Notes: generated by a model from the sequence alone, not told the origin. DNA of 64,000 bases from Octopus sinensis (GCF_006345805.1 NC_043005.1:9548001-9612000); one strand, 5' to 3'. Shown: positions 39,211-52,795, numbered from the stretch's first letter. Numbers and translations: made by a program.

Positions 39211-39441
39211 ATTTCTTTACTACCCACAAGGGGCTAAACACAGAGAGGACAAACAAGGACAGACAAACGGATTAAGTCGATTACATCGACCCCAGTGCGT
39301 AACTGTTACTTATTTAATCGACCCCGAAAGGACGAAAGGCAAAGTCGACCTCAGCGGAATTTGAACTCAGAACGTAGCGGTAGACGAAATACTGTTAAGC
39401 ATTTCGCCCGGCGTGCTAACGATTCTGCCAGCTTGCCGCCT
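39211..39441 (-). mobile_element. SINE family B monomer
   Basis: Full length, 10-bp TSD TATATTACCT (39201-39210 / 39445-39454). Confidence 0.92.
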
Positions 39442-39481
39442 TTTTATATTACCTTTAATGATGTTTGTTCTTCTGAGATAG

Positions 39482-41843
39482 CACTGGCCAACAAAATTTT
39501 GTTACATAGATACCAACCATTGAAACTACCTAATTTGAGTATACTGAATTCAAACATGGAGTTAGTTCTCTTTTTTTCTTTTTTTTTTTTTGCAAGCTCT
39601 AGATGTTTTGCAACTGAGTTATTTATATATTTTCCGAAATTCTAATATTTCACGAGATTTGAAGTAATCCCTGTAAAAATTATCTTGATATCCTATTTTC
39701 AAATTAGGTATAAAAAACAAATAACTATGCATTGAGATTCTAACTTTATTCATATAAGCGAGTTAGTACATCACAATAAGAATTAGACGATAAAGATATT
39801 TTTCATTCCGATGTTGTGTAAAATAAATGTTATCATGTGCCAGTTTTTTTGCCATCTGTTTCTCAGTTGAAAATATATATTTATAAAAATGATAGGTGTA
39901 CGTGGTTGAGAAACTGATTAGGATTGAATATAAAATACAAATAGATCTTCTTCAGGTAAGAATTTGCGCTTGGAGATCTTGCATTTGTAGACTTTCTTAA
40001 AGAAATCCCAAAGTAGTTTACCATCATGTTTTTGTCCCATCCTCCTTGATAGCGCTCTTCCATGGCCCTGTGGTCTTGATGGAAGCACTCTCCTTTTTCA
40101 TCACTTACATTTCCAAGGTCTTCGGGGAATTGATCGAGTGACTATGCAGGAAAGGAAGTTTAACTCTCATGTTACACCCAAGGTTATGGAAAGCGGACAG
40201 CATATTATTTACAAGAACTTCATTGTCATCTGTTTTTTGATTTCCAAGAAATTTTTTATGGCTGCTAGGAATGACAGCCATGCTGCTCTTTCTTTGTCAT
40301 TCATCTTGCCGATAAATTATTTATCATGTAGAAGGGCACGAATCTGGGATCTGTTAAACACACCTGCCTCGATCTTCTCGAATGACAAACCAGGAAATGC
40401 AGAGACTACATTTTGAAAATATTCACCATCAGTATTCAATATCTTATTCAATTGCTTTATCAAGCGCAACTTTATCTGGAGTGGTGGGAAAATAATCATT
40501 TCTCGGCTTACAATTGGATCGTTTACCATATTTGGCATGCCTGCTTCCAGAGTCTCACGAATGGGCCACTTCTGAATCCAGTGTTTCTCTGGAGCTCGGT
40601 TGTCCCATGGGCAGAGATAACAAGTATACTTTGCGATCACGTATGTTAACCGATGAGGAAATTTACCATTTTCAAACCTACACATATGATACAGTTGGTC
40701 AACAAACGTGTTATGCCATTGTCTTCTTCTAGAAATGCACTGACTCACCAACCGGGACTTCTACATAAACGTTACCATTGTGTAGGCTGCGCTTAGAACT
40801 ATGTAGAAATAGTCACTAATCAGCTAAAATGTACGAGGGGATTCCTAATACTGGAGAAGTCTGGGAAAATCTTGGCATTAAACAAAGTGTTTCTTTCTCT
40901 TCTGAAAAAACAAAAAAAGAGCATGACACAAAATTTAGTCTCGTTTTCGGAAATAAGAAACTTTTGCGGTTTGGTCGAGGTGGTTTTCATGCAGCCTGGG
41001 TGCTAGAACTTCAGCTTCAGTCTTGGAGAGTCCCAAATCACGCACCAAATAATTCAGTTCTGTTTAGCTAAACTCTTGAGGAGTTAAATTTTCCGTTGCA
41101 TAAGTAAGGTCTTGGAAATTTGAAATAATTTCTTGGTCTTCGGTATCATCCTCGTACTCTTGTTCTCTAGCTTCGTCTTCGGAAGATTTAAACCCAAGGA
41201 AAACTGGAATCGAGTTTGTCTGAGAGTGCATAATAGGACTAATTGCTGAAGGAATATTGAGAATATTGGGATAAGAGATTTTACGCCTATTTTTCTTGCT
41301 GATGCCTTTTGTGTTGACCATACAAAAAAAACAGCCACATTTATGGCCCCTGTACTCTCGCCAAACTATAGGAACTCAACACGGCTGGGCCTTTTGTTTT
41401 CCTTTTGTCCATCATGAAGGATCTGCTCACTGTTATGACACACAGCATGTGAGGCCCATTTTTGACTTGATCGCAAAGGAGAATTTCATGATGGTTTTTA
41501 TAAGCTCGTCTCACAAGCAATACGATATTGCGCCTGTAACGCAAGAGCCACAGTTGTAGCAGAAGGCATCAGGATACTTCACACATCTATATCTACTCGA
41601 AGAAGCCATGACCAGACCTGAAAAACCACAATTGTCATTTCTTTGTAAAAAGGATATATGTATCTCAGTATGTCAAATTTAACTATGAATATATAAGAAT
41701 TTAATCTTCAGATTGCAAGGAAACTAGCGCATGGAGAGCAACATCGATTACAGATTTGAAAATAGCACAAAAAAAGGCAGTTATAATCGGTAAAAAATGC
41801 ATCTCATGCAACAGAATTTTTTTTTTTTAATTGTTGTTCAGTG
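39482..41843 (-). mobile_element. Chapaev3-type (CMC superfamily) DNA transposon, near full length, decayed
   Basis: Termini CACTGGCCAACAAAATT and CACTGAACAACAATT, flanks TAG / TAA (decayed 3-bp TSD), transposase remnants throughout. Confidence 0.75.
39950..41609 (-). pseudogene. Frameshifted Chapaev3-like transposase
   Basis: MASSSRYRCVKYPDAFCYNCG at the start; YPNI..SAISPIMHS; YTCYLCPWDNRA; FPPLQIKLRLIKQ; LGNVSDEKGECFHQD..MEERYQG. The 3' boundary is approximate. Confidence 0.8.
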
Positions 41844-43824
41844 TAATCAACAAATGTTCAGAATCCCAGACTCGCTTTAAAAAACCGAGCTTGATTAAAC
41901 ATGCTACCTATTTGTTATACTCTTTGCTGCACGCTAAAACTTAGATCATAACTCTATGCAAAAAGTTGTGGTAATTGATATTGCGATGTTTATGTATGTC
42001 TAACCATTGTATAAAGAAATTTTCAGTAGATATTTCAAGTATTTTTTTATGATTAACAAGATAATGTATATAGGGATTTTAAACAAGATATTGAAGAGCC
42101 TCGGTATGTTTATATAAATAAATATATAAAGAACAAACAGTTTTATATTGATATTTCAGTGTTTATGTGTGTTTGAATAAGAACTATATATAGAATGCAT
42201 TAACTAGGTATTGAAATATGTTTGTGTTTGTTTTGAGAACCACTGAACATGAAAGATTTAACTATGGGTTGCAATAATTGTATATGTTTCAGTAGCTAGT
42301 CAATTGAAAAACGTTTTAAGAAGATATGTTAATGTTTGTATTTGTTTGACTAACCATTATATAGAGGAAGTTTTCGGATGTTAATACTAAATATACGAAA
42401 CATCGATATGCTTCAGTGAATGTATCTTTCCATGTTTAATCTGTGCTTATTACAGGCCTTTGAAGTAACGTTTGCTACGTCCTCTGCATTTCTTTCTTCT
42501 GCGATATCTTGTCTTCATTGTTAGCTGAACTACAAATATTAAAACTACTATATTGCGTTAGTATCTGAATGGAGTGATTACTAGTTTCAGCATGGTCTCA
42601 AAATACATACACCTACATAAACTGCAGAATGATAATCGGACAAGTAAAATAATCAGAAACCACTAGAAATGATCAGCGACTAGGGTACAGAATCGGATGT
42701 CATCAACCATCATTTTCTCTTCGATAAGCACGGAAACATATTAAATTACCTTTAATAGTTAAGTACATTCATTGTTGAATTTTTTTTCCTCGAATGTTTT
42801 TTCACATTCATGTGGAGTCTTCTAAACAGATTTCTTTAGCTTATATTTTTCACGTTAACATTTTGATAAAGACAACTGTAATATTCAAATTTCCAGTTTT
42901 TAACTATTTATGATCTATAAATTTTCAGATTGTTGGGTATTCCGCGTAAATCTGATTTATGGATCCATTTACCGTATAGCAAAGATGTATCATTGTTAAT
43001 ATGGATATCACATACGAGATTCAATATTTCACAACCTGCCATAGCTAATCGCTGATAACTTCTCATCCAATTTACATTTACGTCAACTGGAACATTAGCA
43101 CTTTTTATTTATTTTTTAAGAAAGACTAACAGAGTCAAGTATTAGTGAATTTCGAAAGAGAAGTGGCGAACAATTTCAAATTTTTAATTGAAAATTTTCA
43201 ATTTTTCCTTTTCAAAGATGGCTGATGTCACGATAATAATTAAAATAATTCAGAAAATAAATATCGATTTCTTGTGATGTAAGACCAGTGATTTTTGCAG
43301 CTGGCGAGGGAATAGCAAATGGGTGAAGACCAGAGTATTGATGCACCACACTTCACCTGCCCGGCAAGGAGTAAAATGCAAATTGGACACATGGGCTTCC
43401 ATTATATTGTTGTCACGTAGGGAGTGAAGTGATTACAGCAAAACAAATAGCATGGTGTCTTAATCTGCCCACCATTCCAGTTATCGTTTCAGTAACCCAA
43501 GAGTAAATATTAATTAAACTTTTGTAAAACCCTTTGTAGCAGGAACAGTCAAAAGTTAACTACATCAAGCCAATATGTATTTTCGTTTCATTTCTGATCA
43601 TCAAATTGTAATTTATATCATTATCCAGCAAGAACCTCAGAATCGATGCTGTTGTCCTTTTTCGTTGTTAGCATCATCATCACCATCGTTGACGTCATCG
43701 TCATCGTCGTCGCCGTCATCATCATCATCATCATCATATCGCTATCAGTGTCGGTGTCATCGTGGATTTTGTCATACTTATCATTGCCATCACCAACTAT
43801 CAAAATGTTTACACTCAACAAATA

Positions 43825-44245
43825 CTCTTTTTACTTTCTCTTTTACTCTTTTACTTGTTTCAGTCATTTGACTGCAGCCATGCGGCGGCACCGCCTTTAG
43901 TCGAGCAAATCGACCCTGGGGTTTATTCTTAGGAAGCCGAGTACTTATTCCTTCGGTCTCTTTTGCCGAACCGCTAAGTTACGGGGACGCAAACACACCA
44001 GCATCGGTTGTCAAGCGATGGTGGGGGGAACAAACACAGACACACAAATACATATACACATATACATATACATATATACATACAACATACCTCTTTCAGT
44101 CTCCGTCTATCAAATCCATTCACAAGGCCCTGGTCGGCCCGAGGTAATAGCAGAAGACACTTGCCCAAGGTGTCACGCAGTGGGACCGAACCCGCAACGA
44201 TGTGGTTTGTAAGCAATCCACCCACCACACAGCCACTCCTACGCC
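43825..44245 (-). mobile_element. SINE family A, full length
   Basis: All modules present. Confidence 0.9.
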
Positions 44246-44309
44246 AAAGATAAATAGATAGCTAGACAGATAGAGTTGGAGGAAAACAAAGAGTGATAAA
44301 GAGAGATGA

Positions 44310-44350
<41 letters not shown>

Positions 44351-44388
44351 GAGAGAGAGAGAGTGAGAAGGAGGGAGAGTGAGAGAAA

Positions 44389-44433
<45 letters not shown>

Positions 44434-44694
44434 GAGAGAGAGAGTGAGAAGGGGGGAGAGTGAGAGAAAATTTATGAGAATGCTATAATTTCTCGCATTT
44501 CCATCCAAGTCTAATTCAGATCTTCAAATCGTAGCTTGAAATATATGAAACATTCGATAATATAGCTCTAGATTCACATTGTATTAATTGCACCTCAAAT
44601 TGCCACACATGGAATACAATAGGCCAGTGATATGTTCTATCAAGTATCACTAAGCGTGGAAGGAATCCAATAATTTCATCTGTAAGGTCTAAGC

Positions 44695-44695
<1 letters not shown>

Positions 44696-44741
<46 letters not shown>

Positions 44742-44788
44742 TGATGATGATGATGATAATAATAATGATGATAATGATAATGATAATA

Positions 44789-44819
<31 letters not shown>

Positions 44820-44844
44820 AATAATAATATTAATAATAATAATG

Positions 44845-44906
<62 letters not shown>

Positions 44907-44934
44907 AATGATGATAATAATAATAACAAAAAAA

Positions 44935-44993
<59 letters not shown>

Positions 44994-45031
44994 TAATAAT
45001 GATGGTGATGATGATGATAATAATAATAATA

Positions 45032-45071
<40 letters not shown>
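44696..45071. repeat. Compound (AAT)n/(GAT)n microsatellite
   Basis: Direct. Confidence 0.95.
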
Positions 45072-45073
<2 letters not shown>

Positions 45074-45333
45074 CAGATCACTTTGACTGGATATTGATAA
45101 TAATGAGTGGGTGACAATTGTTAAATTTGTTAGGGGTTAAAAACATCAAATTACATAGATGTCTATAATTCTGTAAAGTTTCTTTCCTAACAGTAATTTC
45201 TCGTGTAGTATTTTGTTTTATTTGCTATTTTCTTTTCTTACTTTCATATTGTTACTTATTCGGAGCCTGGATTCCTAAATTATTCCCAATTAGATAGGTA
45301 CCTGTGATTTACAACAGATTCAACTAAACATCA

Positions 45334-45481
45334 GTATGTATGTATGTATGTATGTATGTAGTATGTATGTATGTATGTATGTATGTATGTATGTATGTAT
45401 GTATGTATGTATGTATGTATGTATGTATGTATGTATGTATGTATGTATGTATGTATGTATGTATGTATGTATTTATGTATG
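45334..45481. repeat. (GTAT)n microsatellite
   Basis: Direct. Confidence 0.95.
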
Positions 45482-45497
45482 TACATATACTGACATA

Positions 45498-45528
<31 letters not shown>

Positions 45529-46554
45529 GATGCTAAGACGTTTCTGTAATATATTATAGCCACCTTTTAATTTCTTTATATAAACGAATCTATTGCTGCC
45601 AACGCCTAATAATGTGCTGTCAGTTTTAATGAAGCAATTTTAAATTGCAAATCTTATTAATTAGGCTTAAATAAATCAAAACACGTATGCTTTTAAGTCA
45701 ATATTTGGGATAAAACAAAGAAACATTCCTAGAGTCAGGATAAAGATTAACTGTAAGGTAATAATTTGAGTTTACAAATTTATTTATTCTGTTAACTCGA
45801 TAATTTTATAACTATTTTTGATGCCCTATTTGCGGCATTGCGAGGCATATACAAGGCAGTTGTGCGTACAGATTATGTTTTATACATATTTTCATTTATT
45901 CATAAAAATAAACGTTTTCCTGGTCATAGGAGCAGTGCAGCACGCCATTAATATCACCCCCTCGACAGTAGCATTCCCTACATTTCTTGCGGGTAATCCC
46001 CTATAAGATTAAGGCTTTCCAATTCGTAGACCGTCCTTTTTACATTTCACCTCTTCTTGCTTTTCCTCGTCTTGCATGCTGCCGATTACTTATATACGCA
46101 CCCTAACTTGGCCCAAATAAATCTCACTCGGCGTGTGTTTAATCCAATCCCTGACGCCAACGTTAGAAATTTGAATCATACAGAATTTTAATACCAAATG
46201 TAATTTCACGTTACCTCCATCAACAAAAGAAAGAAGAAAATATATGAATATACACCCACCGAACTCATCAGTAGCCGCTTCCATCTTAAAACATATTGAA
46301 ATCTGTGGAGAGAGATGTGAAATTGGATACTTATAATTATGTATATAACTATATACGCATCTATGTACAATTTTACCATTACAAACAAACCGTACATTTA
46401 ACAAAACACTTTCAGTTGAGTTGTAAGCTATGGTCTCGCGGATAGGACTTGCTATACGATATCATCCTTAAGTTTGATGTATCTCACATCACTCTCATTA
46501 AGCAGTATTTATCTGTCCACGGGTGGTGCATACAAATAATTTTAGGGGCACGTA

Positions 46555-46956
46555 GGTGCAGGAGTGGCTGTATGGTAAGTAGCTTGTCTGCCAACCACAT
46601 GGTTCCGGGTTCAGTCCCACTGCGTGGCATCTTGGGCAAGTGTCTTCTGCTATAGCCCCGAGCCGAACAATGCCTTGTGAGTGGATTTGGTAGACGGAAA
46701 CTGAAAGAAGCCTGTCGTATATATGTATATATATATATGTATGTGTGTGTATATGTCTGTGTGTCTGTGTTTGTCCCCCTAGCATTGCTTGACAACCGAT
46801 GCTGGTGTGTTTACGTCCCCGTCACGTAGCGGTTCGGCAAAAGAGACCGATAGAATATGTACTGGGCTTACAAAGAATAAGTCCCGAGGTCGATTTGCTC
46901 GATTAAAGGCAGTGCTCCAGCATGGCCGCTGTCAAATGACTGAAACAAGTAAAAGA

Positions 46957-46965
<9 letters not shown>
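46555..46965 (+). mobile_element. SINE family A, full length
   Basis: All modules present. Confidence 0.92.
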
Positions 46966-46987
<22 letters not shown>

Positions 46988-47618
46988 TATAGAGGTACGT
47001 ACAAACCACCTCAGCAAATGAAAATAAACCATCCAAAGACGAATACGAAGAGAACTATACATATATGTACTACAGCATTGGACAGTAGAACAATACCAGA
47101 ATATTCACACAACTGCACGTGTATACTTGTATAACCTTTGAGAATGAAAAACTCGGTCGAGTACTGATATGGGAACCAATGAATTTATATACTTCAACTG
47201 CATTATTTAACAGATCTTTTATCAAAGATCTACCTTTAACGATTATCCGATAAATGTTACATATACAAGAAATTGCCAATATGGGAAAGAATGCGAAAAA
47301 TCGATTCGTTAAGGCTGATATTTACCTCCAAGTGAATCTTGATCGGGTAAAGTGCACATCAAAGGTATTCTATTTGTGACTGATGCGGCTTTCTCTTACG
47401 AATATATTGTCTAATGTAACGTTCTTTCCTTATTCAATAGTGTGGCTGGAAAATTTTGGCCGTTATTTGCGAACATCTCTATGTACGTACGTATGTATGT
47501 ATGTATGTATGTATGTATGTATGTATGTATGTATGTATGTATGTATGTATGTGTGTATGCATTGTGTATGGATGCATGCATGTATGTAAGAATGCATGTC
47601 TGTCGGTCTATCCATCTG

Positions 47619-47706
<88 letters not shown>

Positions 47707-48570
47707 CGTTCGGGATAAGCTCTACAGACACGGCTCGAGAAACACGGGGCCGACCTGCCCGAGATGCGGTCAGAGCGACGAAACCGTTCTGCACGCACTC
47801 GTTCAGTGTCCAACAATTTTCGACCTGTGGGCTTATGTCGAACAACTGCTGTCACGTGTTGGACGAGTCGTTTATCAGCTGAGTCTATCGTCAATATTGT
47901 CACGCCTCCTTCCTTCAAACGGGAAGGAAGAGCTATTTTCATCATCCTTGTGGCTATGGCGAAAGAATGTATCTGGTGGACGCGTCTGAAAGGATTGGAG
48001 ACAAACACTTTCCTCTCTGGTCAATCTCTCATCAACTTCTTCAAGTACCACTTGAAAAGGAAGTGAGAGTAGAGAGGCAAGTTTGTGTTAGCGAATGTTT
48101 TAAAAAAAAGATGGGTGAATGTAGCAAGAATGGCACGTATGAATGACGAAGCCACTTGAGCATAGTCATATGAACCCAGAAATCGAAACAGAGAGTTGCT
48201 TATTTGCAAAAAAAAAAAAAAAAAAAAGAAATATAAAATGTGACTTCATTGACCGAGGTTACCGTGGTCTTTTCCGTAGGCTTTTCTTTCCACGGGTAAA
48301 CCTCACCTGTCCTCCCCTTTACACTTCATATTGACATTTCTGTGATAACGATCCCTATTGATCAATTTTTTTTTCCTCTCCCCCTTTTTTTTTTTTTTTT
48401 TTTTTAAAACCCCCTTTCTTTGTGTCTCTTTCTCTCTCTTTTACGATCCCTTTTGATCGAAACTCCCCCTCCTTTTTTTTTTTTTTTTTTTTTTTAAACC
48501 TTCAAAAGAAAAGCTCTACCTTGTAATTTGTTCTATCTGTGTGCAGCCCTGTGTGGCTAATAAAGAAACA
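47707..48570 (+). mobile_element. 5'-truncated Tx1/L1-clade LINE (ORF2 C-terminus and 3' UTR)
   Basis: VRDKLYRHG..CPRCGQSDETVLHALVQC..LWAYVEQLL CCHC knuckle of L1/Tx1 type, 3' UTR ending AATAAAGAAACA, (TATC)n on both flanks. Confidence 0.8.
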
Positions 48571-48588
48571 TATCTATCTATCTATCTA

Positions 48589-48646
<58 letters not shown>

Positions 48647-49213
48647 ACTTATAAGTAAGGGCTAAAGAAAATTATTTCAAAGCCAATATGCTGATAACAC
48701 ACTATTAAATCGTCAATTTCCACATATAATCTACTCGCTACAGCAAAAATCGAAGAACTGAAGTCGGGCAAGCTGGCCTTTAGAATATTTAAAATTCGTT
48801 AACTCTATATTGAATCAATTTCGGAATTAATCTCATAAAAGATTTATTCGTCTACAGTAGAGCTTACGAGAGAGTATAAATAACATACTTACATGCACCC
48901 ATGGAAAAAGCCGAAGCAAAAAACATGTGTACATTTAAGTACCCCAGTTATATCTAAAAATAAAAATTCTTTGGTCAGCCTCAGTACAACGTGTTGACTG
49001 TTCGCCAATACAGGTTATAGTGGTTACCAGTCACTATAGCGAGTAGTAATAAGTCTACTACTAATATAGTAGTATCTATCTATATATATATATATATACA
49101 TATACACACACGCGCATATACTTATATTTATAAACATATGTATGTAATTGTTCGTTTGTTTTCCACCTGCCTTCGTCTTTTGTCTATTTTCATAAAGCCT
49201 CCCGTTATATATA

Positions 49214-49341
49214 TACATTATTTACATTATTTACATTATTTACATTATTTACATTATTTACATTATTTACAATTGACGGTTATTTATCCTCATCTTGTTT
49301 GGTGATAACACAACAGATGTCTTCGAGAAATTTCGAACCTG
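49214..49341 (-). mobile_element. Penelope-like terminus (family P1) lacking the hammerhead core
   Basis: Matches 57192-57345 apart from a ~31-nt deletion at 49314/49315. Tail is 6x TACATTATT on the + strand. Confidence 0.7.
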
Positions 49342-49351
49342 GTGTTGTTAC

Positions 49352-49384
<33 letters not shown>

Positions 49385-49385
<1 letters not shown>

Positions 49386-49796
49386 ATGAGAGCAGTTCAT
49401 GCCATCAAAGTGACACTGGGGTAAAATATACGAAGCCCAATATACCCATCATGACTACCCGTCTGATAAGGGTACACCAGGCACATGCATCACAACCATA
49501 TGTGCGCGACATGGTGATCTCATATCAAGATAAACAGCACATGACCTTGCAGGTGGGGCCCAGTTAGAATTTTCTTCAGGTTGAGTAGCCCATCCCGCTC
49601 AAAAGGTCCTTGAATAAGGGTTGCTTTAGGATGTTGAACGAAACACCTATGTTTCCAGAGCTGAACCATTCAAACTCCAAAGAATCCCTCTCAACACATG
49701 GCCATGATGTTCCCCCACTACTTCTGCTCGTGATCAGAGATGCACGTATTGTCAGCCACTAAGGGACATGCTCAACTGGTTAAGGTCAAACAACTG

Positions 49797-49797
<1 letters not shown>
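49385..49797 (+). mobile_element. Unclassified interspersed repeat between (TTA)n tracts
   Basis: 49551-49797 aligns to the reverse complement of ~53310-53531. Confidence 0.7.
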
Positions 49798-49880
<83 letters not shown>

Positions 49881-49886
<6 letters not shown>

Positions 49887-49962
49887 TCAGTGCATGGAAT
49901 CGAACTCGGAATCTTGGCGTTAGTAGCCCACGCTCTTAGCCACTACGCCATATGCCCGTGGG
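49881..49962 (-). mobile_element. Short tRNA-derived SINE with (TAA)n tail
   Basis: GGGCATATGGCGTAGTGGCTAAGAGCG..GAGTTCGATTCC (A and B boxes), poor cloverleaf, ends GACCTGAATAATAAT. Confidence 0.7.
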
Positions 49963-50492
49963 TGGGTGTGTGTGGATACACACATATATACTTTAATATT
50001 GGTTTAGTGATACTTTGCCAGAACTCAATATACATATAATTCTGTAAGGATCGCCAGTCGACTACAGAGCAGTAGTAAGGCATTCGAATGACTAATTAAT
50101 AAACAGTTAGATCCTAAAATGCATTGGCTTACAGCTGTTTCTGCTACGAGATGCAATGAATCTGAGATTAGACTACTTACAAGACATAAGATGAAACTCA
50201 AACATTCAACTATGAGTGTATTGCAACCTATTACACAAACAACTGTCGCGTTATGCAGTTCGTGACGTAGTTGCTTATTCCTTTGCTGTTTTAATTTCAT
50301 GTGTTTGTCTGTGCTCGTGCGTCAATGCGTAGCTCTGTGCAATGCCTTTCGTCGAAACTTTGTAAGTATCTATATTGCATGTATATACATACATACATAC
50401 ATGTATATATATATATTATTATATATATATATATATATATATATGCATGTGTGTATGTATGTCTATACATTTATAACAACGTACACACACAA

Positions 50493-50525
<33 letters not shown>

Positions 50526-50614
50526 TACACACACACACACACATACATATATATATTATATATATTATATATATATATAATATATATAATATATATATAT
50601 ATATATATAGACTT

Positions 50615-50750
50615 ATCATTTTCTCTGTTTTCTCTCCTTGTTTCTTTCTGTGGAAGGGTGCAGGCTCGAAACGTTAAAGACTCTTTCACTTCCCGAGCGT
50701 TAAACTAATACATCTGTTTGTTGTCTACACCACCTGACTTCGTCCTTTGT
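50615..50750 (+). mobile_element. Penelope-like terminal fragment (family P2) with hammerhead-like motif
   Basis: TCTTT-CTGTGGA-A-GGGT-gcag-GCTC-GAAAC-GTT-AAAGA at 50643-50680. Confidence 0.6.
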
Positions 50751-50788
50751 GAAATCTCCCCCTACACAAACACACACACACACACACA

Positions 50789-50836
<48 letters not shown>

Positions 50837-51208
50837 CAGGCTCACTTTCACCTGTGGCTTGTAAAGTAAATGGTAGGAGATAATTCCCATCCCCGCTAAT
50901 TCTGAAATCCAAATTAGAGAGTTATGTGATTTTGTGTACGATGTAGTTCCCATAATGAATGTTCCAAAACAACTTGAAATTAATTATGGTGTCACTACAC
51001 TGGGAATATTAGGCGCACATTCTAAAATTAAAGCTTGTTAACGTTAGTTGTGCATCGGTGTGATGAAGTTAACTTAGGAAATAATGTGCTTACATAAACT
51101 TGTATTATACGTAAAATTAGATAATATACATTCCTGTGTATGTGTGATATATCTGAGTATATGTGTGTACATGTGTGCGTGTGAAGAGAGTGAAAGAAAG
51201 AAAGTGAA

Positions 51209-51247
<39 letters not shown>

Positions 51248-51498
51248 CATACGTATTACATAAAGAAAACATATTAAAGTCAGTCTTAAGCACACCCAAA
51301 TGTGACTGTGTGCATCGATGTTTTATATAAGTATATCTACGAATCATCATGTGTATGTATCATGTATGTCTTTGTTTGATTTTACATATTCGTACAGAAA
51401 TATTTCAAGCTAATAAATATACAACCGAGTAGCTTACTGTAATTGCCTTTACATGTGTGTATATGCGTGTATATAATACGTCCATATATTTATTATAA

Positions 51499-51539
<41 letters not shown>

Positions 51540-51728
51540 TATATATATATATATAATTATATATATATAGATATATGTATGTATGCGTGTACATATGTGT
51601 GTGTGCATTTTTGTATATGTGCAATATGTATATACATATATATATATATATATACATACATATATATATATTATATATATGTATATATATATTATATATA
51701 TATATATATATACGCAGATATATATTTA

Positions 51729-51763
<35 letters not shown>

Positions 51764-52305
51764 CTACGTATAGAGCTATATGTGTTGAATGTATATACAC
51801 ATGTATCTGACTCTCTGTGTGTTCTGAGGCTTATATGTAAGTATGAATGTGTGTGTGTATGTGTGTATGTGTATGTAGTTACGCATACTCATATGCGTAG
51901 ATAGATGGTCCTTGCGCTTAAGTCCAAGCATGTGTACGAGTATGTGTATGCGTAAGTCGTCCCTGGAGTGGAGCTTCTAAAATACTGAACTAGAATAAAT
52001 ATTAGTTTTGGTTTCCAACGTGTTTTTCTAATCCCAGGAACGATAATGACATGAAGTGAAGCAAAAAGAAAGGAATTACCAAAAGAACTGAATTACTTGA
52101 CAAACAGTGTTTCTCTGGGAAAGGCTTCTAATTCTCATTTCAGGGCCGTTATTACGCATACGCCTTCACACATGTACACAGGCGCTCAAATACGCGCCCT
52201 CCTTCAATACGCACGAACAAGCACACACATACACGCAGACTCATGCACGCACGTACACATACACGCGCACACACACACAAGCGTATATAGATACATACGT
52301 GTATG

Positions 52306-52338
<33 letters not shown>

Positions 52339-52543
52339 TGTGTGTATATATATATGTGTGTGTATGTATATATGTATAGAAGGTGTATGTATATGTATAC
52401 ATAGTTGTATATATACATATGTATATTTATATATGCAATATATACTTATGTTATGTATGTACATATATATTTATATAATATAATATGTATGTATTTGTGT
52501 ATACTTATGTGTGTATATATATATATATATGCAGTGTATACTT

Positions 52544-52577
<34 letters not shown>

Positions 52578-52761
52578 CTATATATGCATATACGAACAGA
52601 GTGTATGACAGAGAAAGTGTGAGTAAAAGAGGAAGGGAGAGAGAGTTACCCTGACATAGCAACACAGATGCTGAGGTTGTGTATTACTTATTCATAAGTC
52701 TGCATATACTTACATACGTAAATATTCGTCACATGCGCGTGTATACACACACACGCACATG

Positions 52762-52795
<34 letters not shown>

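Noticed and set aside
35436-43320. Shared 13-mer GGGAATAGCAAAT at 35436 and 43308, plus GAGTAAAATG nearby in both places
   Set aside because: Matches of this length are expected by chance in 64 kb of AT-rich DNA, and the two motifs are in opposite order
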